A stretch of 64,000 nt of DNA from an uncultured Bdellovibrionales bacterium (lineage in GTDB: Bacteria > Patescibacteriota > Minisyncoccia > Moranbacterales > UBA1568): the NCBI GenBank assembly GCA_964436855.1, contig CAYTED010000001.1, positions 135,059 through 199,058 of the forward strand. The letters run 5' to 3'. The translations under genes were made by a program, and so were the position numbers. The notes below the pieces were generated by a model, which was not told where the DNA came from, did not search any database, and saw only the letters and a program-made list of their open reading frames with translations. Of this stretch, positions 37,791-48,767 are shown piece by piece (position 1 is the stretch's first letter; every line of letters starts with the position of its first letter).

Positions 37791-38078
37791 TTAGAACACC
37801 GACTTCACTTTGAGAAATCCGTCTTTCGTTTCCGGCGCATTCTCAAGAATCGCAGCAACTTCATTGTCCGCCACGGGATCCGCCATATCGATTCGCGCAA
37901 TATTTTGCTCACCGGTGCCGCTTCCTATCGGTTCGATACCGGTCGTATCGAGTTCCTGCAATTCTCCGAACCAATCCAAAAGAGTGGAAAGATCGTGCCG
38001 ATACTTTTCCACCTCTTCATCCTGAAGGCCGATACGTGCAAGCAGTGCAATGTGTTTGACTTCGTCAGCAGACAACAT
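37791..38078 (-). CDS. gatC: Amidotransferase subunit C
   Basis: EVKHIALLARI, LQELDT, LENAP..DGFLKV; directly upstream of gatA. Confidence 0.95.
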   Translation of the reverse strand: MLSADEVKHIALLARIGLQDEEVEKYRHDLSTLLDWFGELQELDTTGIEPIGSGTGEQNIARIDMADPVADNEVAAILENAPETKDGFLKVKSVF

Positions 38079-38143
38079 AGTAATTTGTAATGAGTAACTT
38101 GTAATGAGAAATGAGAGAAACTATCTTGATCGAAAATTACAAG

Positions 38144-40504
<2,361 letters not shown>

Positions 40505-40528
40505 TCATAAGGTATGACTCCCTCGCAC

Positions 40529-41113
40529 TCAATTCACAATTCCCGATTCCTTGTAATCACGCAAGGAAACCGTCGTCTGTATTCGGACATTTCTCGTGGA
40601 AGTCGAACTCTCCTTCACGACAAACACGATAGTCACCCTCCCAACCGCCGCCGGACCCGGTGTCGGGCTCGCCGAAGGAATGACGCTAAAAACCGGAACG
40701 ACATCGCCGGTAGTAACTCTCGTATACGCACCCAAATTCAATACCCCGGTGCAATTATCGCGAAGCGTCTGTGGCGGAACGGCGGCCGGAGGAACTACCG
40801 ATGCCTTTTCAAGAAAATTTCCTCCCGAATTTTTCTTATATTCGATACACTTGTTTTGAGAATAATCAAAAAAACGAACGCGGGTCGTACCTGAACTGAT
40901 AATCGTGCTCGTCCGAAGCTGCTTCGCGATATCGTTTATCGTAAATTGCGCGTTTTCCGTATCTCGTTCGATTCGCTTATTCTCGCGATATGAAAAAATC
41001 CCGGAGCTAAATGTCGACGATGCCGCCATCATCATAAGCGAAAAAACGAAAATAGAAACCATCACCTCGATCATCGAAAGACCGGAAAAAAGTTTTTGTG
41101 AAATTCGTTTCAT
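40529..41113 (-). CDS. Minor type IV pilin (PilW-like)
   Basis: Class III signal G|LSMIEVMVSIFVF. Confidence 0.85.
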   Translation of the reverse strand: MKRISQKLFSGLSMIEVMVSIFVFSLMMMAASSTFSSGIFSYRENKRIERDTENAQFTINDIAKQLRTSTIISSGTTRVRFFDYSQNKCIEYKKNSGGNFLEKASVVPPAAVPPQTLRDNCTGVLNLGAYTRVTTGDVVPVFSVIPSASPTPGPAAVGRVTIVFVVKESSTSTRNVRIQTTVSLRDYKESGIVN

Positions 41114-41119
41114 ACTCGA

Positions 41120-41788
41120 TTATCTCCACGATTCAAGAACCGCCCGCGAATAGACACATTTGTTACCGGCAGTACACCACGACGCAATCTGTGCGATATT
41201 CGGATCATTGCCGCTATACGAGCCTGGCGCGCCCGGAAACACTCCACTCCCGCCCCACCAGACAATACTCACCACCCTAAAGGCATCGTCCGATTCATCA
41301 AGCGGCGTCCCTTTATCATCCCGCTCAAGATAAATATCTCTTCCAAAGTGCGTTTGCACCGACCGACTCGGACTATAATCAAACTTATAATACCCGTTTA
41401 CAAGGTCAAGTGAAAATTTTCGCAACTCATTATTTTTAGCCGCTCCAAAACAATTTCGCCCCGCCCCGCCCGTAGTATCAAAAGCAGTATCCAAATAATC
41501 AAGATTACAGTTGTCCTTATTGGCAGTCAGAAAATTATTAAAAGCGATAGTTCCCGAAGCGAGATTGTTATCCCTTATATTTCGAACAATCTCCACGCCT
41601 TCCTGCGCCAATTCGGCTGCGACAATCCGATCCCGATCAAATGCCGATTCCCGATAATTCGACGCAAAAAGCGACACGATCGCCGTCAGCCCGACCGATA
41701 TTACAAACGCGGAAATAATCACCTCTCCAAACGAAAATCCCCGAACGGTTTTTTTTCTCAAAAAAAGTTTTCTCTGATGTTCCTTCAT
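41120..41788 (-). CDS. Minor type IV pilin (PilV-like)
   Basis: RG|FSFGEVIISAFVI and AAELAQEGVEIVRNIRD. Start taken at MKEHQ. Confidence 0.85.
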   Translation of the reverse strand: MKEHQRKLFLRKKTVRGFSFGEVIISAFVISVGLTAIVSLFASNYRESAFDRDRIVAAELAQEGVEIVRNIRDNNLASGTIAFNNFLTANKDNCNLDYLDTAFDTTGGAGRNCFGAAKNNELRKFSLDLVNGYYKFDYSPSRSVQTHFGRDIYLERDDKGTPLDESDDAFRVVSIVWWGGSGVFPGAPGSYSGNDPNIAQIASWCTAGNKCVYSRAVLESWR

Positions 41789-41813
41789 CGTATTTTTATT
41801 TTCTTTCTTCCTG

Positions 41814-41968
41814 CTCCCCTGCCCGAGGGGAACTCCCGAGCCTTCGAGAGTGAGGGGTGGGAGCATCTTGAGCGATGCGACCGCTGTATACTCGCTCCGT
41901 TTCATCGGTATTCCTCCTCCCCTTGGAAAGCCTGCCTGCCGGTAGACAGGGGGAGGATCAAGGAGGGG
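41814..41968. repeat. Two REP-like GC-rich palindromes, each interrupted by a 20-bp palindrome
   Basis: CTCCCCTGCCCGAGGGGA[ACTCCCGAGCCTTCGAGAGT]GAGGGG and CCTCCCCTTGGAAAG[CCTGCCTGCCGGTAGACAGG]GGGAGG..GGAGGGG. Confidence 0.6.
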
Positions 41969-42061
41969 TTCTTACTCTCTTCTCTATTATCTAATATCTG
42001 TTATCTGTTTTTTTCTCTTCTCATGATTCCTAATTCCTGCTTCTTGATTTCGCCCAAGACA

Positions 42062-42610
42062 TCACGGACAACTCGTTCCACTGTACTCCTCCACTCGCCC
42101 ACCGGGATAGATACACACGCTCCACACTGAAGATCCTTTCTTCAGGGAAACTCTCGTAGTACTCGCAATAGCAACATTTGCCGCATTCACCATGTCTCCA
42201 CGGGGTACGGTAAAATACAATCCATTAAAACTAAAAGAACCGCTCCTATCCCCAAACACGACCCCATTATTCAAAATAAATGTTCCTGCAATTGCAGTAG
42301 CCATCGTTCCGCAATCAGCACCAGAGCGATACTTATAATACGGAAAAAAAACAGTAGAATCATCTTCAAAGAAAGCGTCAATACCAACCTGACACGTCGG
42401 CTCCGTTGCATGAAATTTTTTCCCTGTCAATGCATAATTCTGCGCCTCACGAACAAGAGAAGCAAACTTTCGCGCCTCCCCCTCTACCTGCTTTGCCTCT
42501 CGCCCGCTCGAAAGCGATACCATGGTCGCGGCGGTCATAATACCGACAATCGCCACCACGATCATCAGCTCAATAAGTGTAAACCCTTTTTTTGCAAAAA
42601 ATTTTTTCAT
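42062..42610 (-). CDS. Minor type IV pilin (FimT/GspH-like)
   Basis: KG|FTLIELMIVVAIVGI, REAQNYAL, C-terminal G.V motif. Confidence 0.88.
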   Translation of the reverse strand: MKKFFAKKGFTLIELMIVVAIVGIMTAATMVSLSSGREAKQVEGEARKFASLVREAQNYALTGKKFHATEPTCQVGIDAFFEDDSTVFFPYYKYRSGADCGTMATAIAGTFILNNGVVFGDRSGSFSFNGLYFTVPRGDMVNAANVAIASTTRVSLKKGSSVWSVCIYPGGRVEEYSGTSCP

Positions 42611-42716
42611 TGTGTTTTTTTATTCCCCGCATTCCCTTTCTCTTCACTCCCTATTCTTCATTCATAAATTCCTGATTCATTATTCCTCACCCTCATCTTA
42701 CCAAACCCTCCCCTAA

Positions 42717-42745
42717 TTGACAAAACTCCCGTTTTCCGTTATTCT
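42717..42745 (+). promoter_or_regulatory. Sigma70 promoter of the PEP-CTERM gene
   Basis: TTGACA-17 bp-TATTCT; AGGAGG RBS at 42783-42788. Confidence 0.7.
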
Positions 42746-42792
42746 ACTCGCGAAAGTAGTTCCTACAACCCCCCGCTCTATTAGGAGGAATC

Positions 42793-43512
42793 ATGAAGCG
42801 TTCAGTCATGGCGATCACCCTCTGGATGATTGCGACCTTTTCGACGACCATTCCTGCTTCGGCTGGGGTCATCACCACCTTCAACAGCTTCAATGGGACA
42901 ACCAAATCCCTTGGAAGTCCGTCGCGGTTCTCGCTTCAGTCATCGGTCACTTCCTTCGGGAACACGATGACCGACGATGGAACGCTCTTCCGAGAAGTTG
43001 CCGGCGATGCCGATATCGGCGGCGGGCTCTTCGCGAGCCTTCTCACCTTCGACAACCCGATCCACATAAATGCCGAACAACGGCTCGCTATTCGCTTCGG
43101 CTACATGGATAAGCAAAGCGGTCCGGAAAACCCGGACTTCGCCGGGATAACGATCAACAATACCCTTTACCGGATTTTCGGACAAGAGGAGGTTGGTCCG
43201 CTCGGGTTCAGTGGCGTCCTTAATCTCGGGGTTCAATTCCTCGAGAGCGGGTACTTCAATCTCGGACTCGCCTGCATCAACAATGGATTCGTCACCACCT
43301 CTTCGTTTTGTATCTGGAGTGAGGTGGCTATCACCGACACATTCGATGCGACAGCGCCGGGAACGATAAGCCCGATTTCACCGCTCCATGTCGGCACCCC
43401 CGACCTCCCGCCGATTACGCCGGTGCCGGAGCCGGCGACATGGGCGCTCATCGCGCTCGGACTCGTCGGAGTGTTCGGGTTCACCCGGCGCCGGCGAAAC
43501 CTCGCCGAATAA
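42793..43512 (+). CDS. Secreted protein with PEP-CTERM sorting signal
   Basis: Signal peptide ending PASA|G; C-terminal VPEPATWALIALGLVGVFGFTRRRR. Confidence 0.9.
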   Translation: MKRSVMAITLWMIATFSTTIPASAGVITTFNSFNGTTKSLGSPSRFSLQSSVTSFGNTMTDDGTLFREVAGDADIGGGLFASLLTFDNPIHINAEQRLAIRFGYMDKQSGPENPDFAGITINNTLYRIFGQEEVGPLGFSGVLNLGVQFLESGYFNLGLACINNGFVTTSSFCIWSEVAITDTFDATAPGTISPISPLHVGTPDLPPITPVPEPATWALIALGLVGVFGFTRRRRNLAE

Positions 43513-43557
43513 TGATCTCCTTCTGTCGTTAGGGAAACTGACCGCCCTAATAACACT

Positions 43558-43593
43558 TGCCCCGCGCGCTTCGCGCTCGGGGCACTTTTTTTT
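43558..43593 (+). terminator. Intrinsic terminator of the PEP-CTERM gene
   Basis: TGCCCCG..GCGCTTCGCGC..CGGGGCA followed by a T-run. Confidence 0.8.
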
Positions 43594-43610
43594 ACTTCAT
43601 GCCTTATTTT

Positions 43611-43735
43611 TAGGACTTACACGCTTGAGTGAAATTCAAGGCGCGGAGAAAGTGGCGAGCGAGTCGTACTGTCGTTACGACGAGAGAGCCACAGAGGCTC
43701 CGCAACGCAGAAGCTCCCCAAACGCGTAAGTCCTA
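43611..43735. mobile_element. 125-bp MITE-like element
   Basis: Terminal inverted repeats TAGGACTTACACGCTTG / CAAACGCGTAAGTCCTA (15/17 match), TA at both ends, structured interior, no ORF. Confidence 0.7.
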
Positions 43736-43800
43736 ACTTTATTTACCCAACTCCTCTCACTACACATCAAGTCGCCTCCCCATTCGCTCTCTCTCATAAA

Positions 43801-43847
43801 ACAAACTAGCACATAACTCGCGGCCGCAAGTTATGTGCTAGTTCGAA
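43801..43847. repeat. 40-bp palindrome, downstream copy flanking the PaaX/Cas2-like gene
   Basis: AACTAGCACATAACT-C-GCGGCCGC-A-AGTTATGTGCTAGTT (43804-43843), perfect 15-bp arms. Confidence 0.9.
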
Positions 43848-43859
43848 AATCAAAGAAAG

Positions 43860-44456
43860 TCAGAAAAAGGGTGTGGGTTTTGAGAGCTGAAAAATTTGCT
43901 TCAGGTGTTCCTCGTTATCAATTTCCAAAAGAGTGGCATATCGAACATATTTCCGCATACCATGTATTTCCATAAGAAAATCAAATTCATCCCGACACTC
44001 ATATGGGGATACAAAAACACTTGCTTGAAGTTGGTAAAATTTCCATTTCTTCAACCAGTACCGAATAGCATCACGATTTTTTTTCTTCGTTTCCGGGATA
44101 TCAAATAAAACCATTCGCCATTTTCTATCCCATTGCTTCGGCTTCGTGATTGATATTTTTTGAAGATCATACTGAAGTACTCGCTTTCTTCCTTTTTCAG
44201 TAAGCGTCATCTTCCATACACCACCACTTTCCTGTCGGATATCAATCAGCTTCGATTCATACAGTTTTCGAATCGAACGATTCAAGCTCTGAGTCGATAC
44301 CGCCTTCGCCTTACCCTCTCGGGATACTCGATGCCATTCTCTTCGCATTTCTCCGATGATTTGCCATTGCCGGCGAGGCGATTGACTCAAGCCGACTGCT
44401 ATCCAACCAACAAGGAGAATGAGAATTTTCTTTTGTATCGGCCCAAGACCTTTCAT
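43860..44456 (-). CDS. PaaX-like winged-helix protein with Cas2-like C-terminal domain
   Basis: wHTH (SLNRSIRKL..KLI..LTEKG) followed by WDRKWRMVLFDIPE..RDAIR..L...F.QLQASVFVSPY. No CRISPR array or cas1 nearby. Start taken at MKGLGP. Confidence 0.82.
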   Translation of the reverse strand: MKGLGPIQKKILILLVGWIAVGLSQSPRRQWQIIGEMRREWHRVSREGKAKAVSTQSLNRSIRKLYESKLIDIRQESGGVWKMTLTEKGRKRVLQYDLQKISITKPKQWDRKWRMVLFDIPETKKKNRDAIRYWLKKWKFYQLQASVFVSPYECRDEFDFLMEIHGMRKYVRYATLLEIDNEEHLKQIFQLSKPTPFF

Positions 44457-44573
44457 ACTATAAAATACTCTTTCCGAAGATAATTTATGAATCTCACTCA
44501 TGCTTACAGATGAGGGAATAATTCGGAAACGCTATAAAGAAATTTCCCTTTTCATTCCATATCACACCTCCAT

Positions 44574-44619
44574 ACAAACTAGCACATAACTCGCGGCCGC
44601 GAAATAAAGCTAGTTTGAA
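44574..44619. repeat. Palindrome, upstream copy flanking the PaaX/Cas2-like gene
   Basis: 44574-44600 is identical over 27 bp to 43801-43827; the right arm is decayed (GAAATAAAGCTAGTTTG). Confidence 0.9.
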
Positions 44620-44648
44620 TATTTTTGATCGAAAGGAACAAAACAGCT

Positions 44649-45449
44649 TCAAAACCATATTCCGTAACTATACGGAAAAATTTTTTCTAAAAAGAGATGC
44701 GCGATAGCTCCGCATACAAGAAATGGTCCGAACGGAACTTTTGTTTTGAGATTCTTTCCCTGAAACAAAACGAGTGCGCCGCCATAAAGAGAACCGATAC
44801 CAAATGCCAGTGTCAGCGAAAAGAGGATATTCGGGATACCGATAGCAAGTCCGATAGCGAGAGCAAGCCATGCATCCCCCCATCCCATCCACGTTTCTTT
44901 GGAGAAAAAAGCGAGCGCCGCAAAAAAACTCCATGCAAGCACCCCTGCTATCACGCCCGATACCGTCCGCTCAAGCGACAAAACCGCTATCATACTCTCC
45001 GATCCGAAAAAATCCAAAAGAAGGAGAAATACAGCGGTCCACACGCCGGCAAACCAGAGAAAGGAAACCGGGATTTCCATTGTCCGAAAATCATACACCG
45101 CGATCGCGACAAAAATCGAAACCAGCCCGAGAATCCATATCGTCTCGATCCATGCGCTCCTGTCAAAAATATCAAAAAAATATTTTCCGGCGAGAAGAAA
45201 AAACGCTCCTGTCAAAAATTCGACCACCGGGTATTGCCACGAGATTTTTCCCCCGCAGTGCCGACACTTTCCGCGCAAAAAAAGAAATGACAGAATCGGA
45301 ATATTGTCGTACCAGCAAATCAACGCCCCGCATTTCGGACACTTCGACCGATCGGATACAAAACTCTCCCCCGCCTCCGTCCGAAGCACGAGCACATTGA
45401 GAAAGCTCCCTACAATACAACCAAGTCCGAAAAAAAAGAAAAAAGTCAT
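44649..45449 (-). CDS. pilD: Prepilin peptidase
   Basis: GSFLNV..R, RSKCPKC, NIPILSF..LRGKCRHC, YD, MGWGD, VPFGPFL. Confidence 0.94.
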   Translation of the reverse strand: MTFFFFFGLGCIVGSFLNVLVLRTEAGESFVSDRSKCPKCGALICWYDNIPILSFLFLRGKCRHCGGKISWQYPVVEFLTGAFFLLAGKYFFDIFDRSAWIETIWILGLVSIFVAIAVYDFRTMEIPVSFLWFAGVWTAVFLLLLDFFGSESMIAVLSLERTVSGVIAGVLAWSFFAALAFFSKETWMGWGDAWLALAIGLAIGIPNILFSLTLAFGIGSLYGGALVLFQGKNLKTKVPFGPFLVCGAIAHLFLEKIFPYSYGIWF

Positions 45450-45465
45450 CTTGTTTTACATCAAA

Positions 45466-47826
45466 TCATGATCCTGGTACTTGGAATAATATCAGATCCC
45501 TATTTACTTCCACAATGACAAAATTGTGCTTTGCAAAATCTTCAAACCGTCCCACTTTACTCTGGAGTGTTTCAGCATCAGCGCCAAACACTTTATTTCC
45601 AGCAATAAGATTCCGATTATAAATAAAATATCGAAACCCCAACTGTCTTATGCGGCGCATAGTCTCCTCATCATTTCTTCCCTGATCAAGGCATGAAAAA
45701 GTATCAAGAAGACTATCCGTAAGTACCCGTCCCCTACTTTGGTCTATATAGTATGAAAATTGACCATTTGTCTGATATATTTTCGCATCAATATCTCGAT
45801 TCACCACCGAAAGTATCCTTTGAGAATTTGGATGAACGCTTCTTATAAAATCATCCTTGGAAACCATTCCTCCTAAATAAGCTATCGATAGATCGGTATT
45901 AAAATTCGAATAACTGAAAATCATATTCATAAAAATGGATATGACGAAAGAGCCATACAGCATTATTTTCAAAAAATATGATTTTACCGACGATATCAGC
46001 ACCCCGCAAAAAATTGAAAAAAGAGCAAGAAGAGGCATCCCATACCACGGAACACTCCTCCCAAGAAGAAGCCATGAGAGGATACCAACAGTAAGTATCC
46101 CTATCAATAGCACCCGCTCACCCCCTCTCTCTTCATTGAGAAATCTTTTTCTCAACAAGAAGAACATCCCCGGAGCAAATGCTAGAAAAAGATATCCGAT
46201 TTCCGTACCAAAAAGCTGAAGCGATGTATTCATCGTTACACTCCACGGAATAAAAATATACGTCTGCCATGCCGGACGCAGACGAGACTCCATATACCTT
46301 CCAAAATCTTCATTTGCGCCTGTATAAACACATTTTTTAGAATCAACACCGAGAAAATTCCACTGCGAGGAAGTAATCGCAAGAGAGTTTTGATCCCGAG
46401 AGGAGAGAAGTGGCGAGTAACTGTGAGGATACGCCGTCCCGGAAAAAGTAAAAAATCCGTATGCAGCCCACGGGAAAAGAGGTGCGAAAAAAAAGAGAAG
46501 CATACAAAAATACGTTCTCAATTGCTTCCGATCAAAATTCAGTTTTCCTCCAAGTATAAAACGACGGACACCGGCAATCAGAATCGTCGCCCAAAAAACA
46601 AAGAGTGCCGTAAGCTTAATAACAAGAGAGAATCCAAAAAGTAAGGCTGCTCCGTATAAAAACGATTTTTCATTTTTTCGAATCCACTGAAAAAACATTC
46701 CTATGGCACAAATCTGAACAAAGACAAGAAAAAAATCCGGCTTCGCTTCAAACGAAGAAAGATACCACACCATCGGAATACTCAACCATATCAACACACC
46801 AAGTAGTGCCGAACGCTTTCCAAAAAAATAACGAGAGAAAAAATAGAGAGCTCCTGTCGTAAGCACAAGACCGCCAAAAACAGTCGCCAAAGCGAATTGT
46901 GCACCATGACCAAAGAGGTATCCAACCGAAAACAACAACTCAATGGGAAAATGATAGCCCCCACCAACAATAATTCCACTCTCCGCAAGAGATTGAGCGC
47001 GATAAAGATAATAGCTCGTATCATCAAACCGTACTGGTATTGGTCGTATCGTCCATAAAAAACTGGATACCCCCACTAAAAAAACAGCCCATATAATGAG
47101 CGGCCACAAACTGTGAGTGGGAACTCTTATGGAAATTTTCCGTCGAAAAAATCGTACGATCTCGAAAGTATGCTTTCGACTCACAACCAAAAGAACACCA
47201 AGAAAAAGTCCTAATACCTCCCTATTAAACACTCCATACCATGCAAGAAAAAAAAGTACGGTACAAAGACCAATAAGTCCAATTGCCAGACGAAAAAATA
47301 CTTCACATCCAGAAAAATCATCGGTTTGATGCCTCGAAAAGATACGATCAAATAACAGTTTGGCAAGAACACTCCCAAACAAAAAAAGTACCGAAAACAA
47401 CCCAACGAGCCATGCGAGAGAAGCTAAAAGGTGCCTAAAAAAAGATACATTCACTGAAGAAAATTCCGCCCACAAGAAAAGACTTGTATTTTCTCCGGGA
47501 AGAATTCGCAGAAAAGCTGCGCTTGAAAAAACATACCAGGCAATAAAAACAAACCACGCGATAAAGTATAAAAAATGGACATGAAAAAGCAACTGTTTCA
47601 CCCCCCGCAATGATAACCAAACTTGAATAAGTACCAGAAAAATCGCACCCGAGAAAAACGACGCAAAAACAGAAAAAAATTCATCACCCCCCCAAAATTG
47701 GTATAACCCCACCAATTGCTCAACAAAAGGAGTATCTCCATAAAAATGTGAAAAAAACCAAGAAAAAATCACCACCAGCAACCAGCAAACAAAACAAACT
47801 TTCAGTATCAATCGCATAAATATCAC
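45466..47826 (-). CDS. Large polytopic GT-C-fold glycosyltransferase-like protein (ArnT/PMT-like)
   Basis: Many TMs, PVRFDDTSYYL acidic loop, KPD, IKLT, PW, soluble C-terminal domain. Confidence 0.65.
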   Translation of the reverse strand: MIFMRLILKVCFVCWLLVVIFSWFFSHFYGDTPFVEQLVGLYQFWGGDEFFSVFASFFSGAIFLVLIQVWLSLRGVKQLLFHVHFLYFIAWFVFIAWYVFSSAAFLRILPGENTSLFLWAEFSSVNVSFFRHLLASLAWLVGLFSVLFLFGSVLAKLLFDRIFSRHQTDDFSGCEVFFRLAIGLIGLCTVLFFLAWYGVFNREVLGLFLGVLLVVSRKHTFEIVRFFRRKISIRVPTHSLWPLIIWAVFLVGVSSFLWTIRPIPVRFDDTSYYLYRAQSLAESGIIVGGGYHFPIELLFSVGYLFGHGAQFALATVFGGLVLTTGALYFFSRYFFGKRSALLGVLIWLSIPMVWYLSSFEAKPDFFLVFVQICAIGMFFQWIRKNEKSFLYGAALLFGFSLVIKLTALFVFWATILIAGVRRFILGGKLNFDRKQLRTYFCMLLFFFAPLFPWAAYGFFTFSGTAYPHSYSPLLSSRDQNSLAITSSQWNFLGVDSKKCVYTGANEDFGRYMESRLRPAWQTYIFIPWSVTMNTSLQLFGTEIGYLFLAFAPGMFFLLRKRFLNEERGGERVLLIGILTVGILSWLLLGRSVPWYGMPLLALFSIFCGVLISSVKSYFLKIMLYGSFVISIFMNMIFSYSNFNTDLSIAYLGGMVSKDDFIRSVHPNSQRILSVVNRDIDAKIYQTNGQFSYYIDQSRGRVLTDSLLDTFSCLDQGRNDEETMRRIRQLGFRYFIYNRNLIAGNKVFGADAETLQSKVGRFEDFAKHNFVIVEVNRDLILFQVPGS

Positions 47827-47870
47827 TCAAAGAAATCAGTTCTTAGAATCATCATATCACACGAAAAACA

Positions 47871-47900
47871 CAAAAAGAACGGGATATCCCGTTCTTTTTG
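47871..47900. terminator. Intrinsic terminator after the pilin pair
   Basis: Perfect 30-bp palindrome CAAAAAGAACGGGAT/ATCCCGTTCTTTTTG. Confidence 0.8.
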
Positions 47901-47913
47901 CTCATCTATCAAC

Positions 47914-48667
47914 CAAGAAAACCTAGCATCCGGTTGGGAAAACTGTTCCCACTTCCGAATAGGTTGTCCCGGAGCAGGCTGCGGGAACATCAGCTGTTGG
48001 ACTGATTGTTCCATCAAATGTATCCCCGCCGGCACTACACGTTTCATTGAGCACTGCGTACGAAGAAACCTTGGACCCGGTTGGGACCGATACCGTAGTA
48101 CCATCGATAGCAACACTCTCACTACAAGAATTCACAAGCTGTGGAACGATACTCGCCGCCGTCGACTTAAAAGAAGCGGCTGCCGCTTTCTGACGAGCGC
48201 TTGAGAGTGACACAAGCACGATCGAGGCGAGAATACCGATGATCGCGATAACAATCAAGAGCTCAATAAGGGTAAAGCCTTTTTTGTTCATAATATATTA
48301 AATTATTACTTAACTTATCCTCACACAAGAAAACCTAGCATCCGGTTGGGAAAACTGTTCCCACTTCCGAATAGGTTGTCCCGGAGCAGGCTGCGGGAAC
48401 ATCAGCTGTTGGACTGATTGTTCCATCAAATGTATCCCCGCCGGCACTACACGTTTCATTGAGCACTGCGTACGAAGAAACCTTGGACCCGGTTGGGACC
48501 GATACCGTAGTACCATCGATAGCAACACTCTCACTACAAGAATTCACAAGCTGTGGAACGATACTCGCCGCCGTCGACTTAAAAGAAGCGGCTGCCGCTT
48601 TCTGACGAGCGCTTGAGAGTGATACAAGCACGATCGAGGCGAGAATACCGATGATCGCGATAACAAT
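47914..48667. repeat. 342-bp direct repeat (47914-48255 / 48326-48667), one mismatch
   Basis: Offset 412 bp; the only difference is at 48211/48623 and is synonymous. Confidence 0.92.
47923..48291 (-). CDS. Type IV major pilin, copy 2
   Basis: MNKKG|[18 protein letters not shown]; four Cys in the globular domain. Confidence 0.93.
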   Translation of the reverse strand: MNKKGFTLIELLIVIAIIGILASIVLVSLSSARQKAAAASFKSTAASIVPQLVNSCSESVAIDGTTVSVPTGSKVSSYAVLNETCSAGGDTFDGTISPTADVPAACSGTTYSEVGTVFPTGC

Positions 48668-48703
48668 GAGAAGTTCGATTAACGTAAACCCTTTTTTATT
48701 CAT
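48335..48703 (-). CDS. Type IV major pilin, copy 1 (protein identical to copy 2)
   Basis: Same 122-aa sequence; AAAGGCGGTGA RBS before ATG 48703. Confidence 0.93.
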   Translation of the reverse strand: MNKKGFTLIELLIVIAIIGILASIVLVSLSSARQKAAAASFKSTAASIVPQLVNSCSESVAIDGTTVSVPTGSKVSSYAVLNETCSAGGDTFDGTISPTADVPAACSGTTYSEVGTVFPTGC

Positions 48704-48767
48704 ATTCTCACCGCCTTTCTGTTTTAGTTTTTTATTCTTTATTTGAGAATTCAATCTCTCTTCCATT

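Noticed and set aside
43801-44619. CRISPR-Cas locus suggested by the Cas2-like domain and repeats
   Set aside because: Only two repeat copies about 770 bp apart enclosing a gene; no spacer array, cas1 or effector genes.
47914-48667. Diversity-generating retroelement TR/VR pair
   Set aside because: Only one mismatch, both copies are intact genes, and there is no reverse transcriptase in the window.
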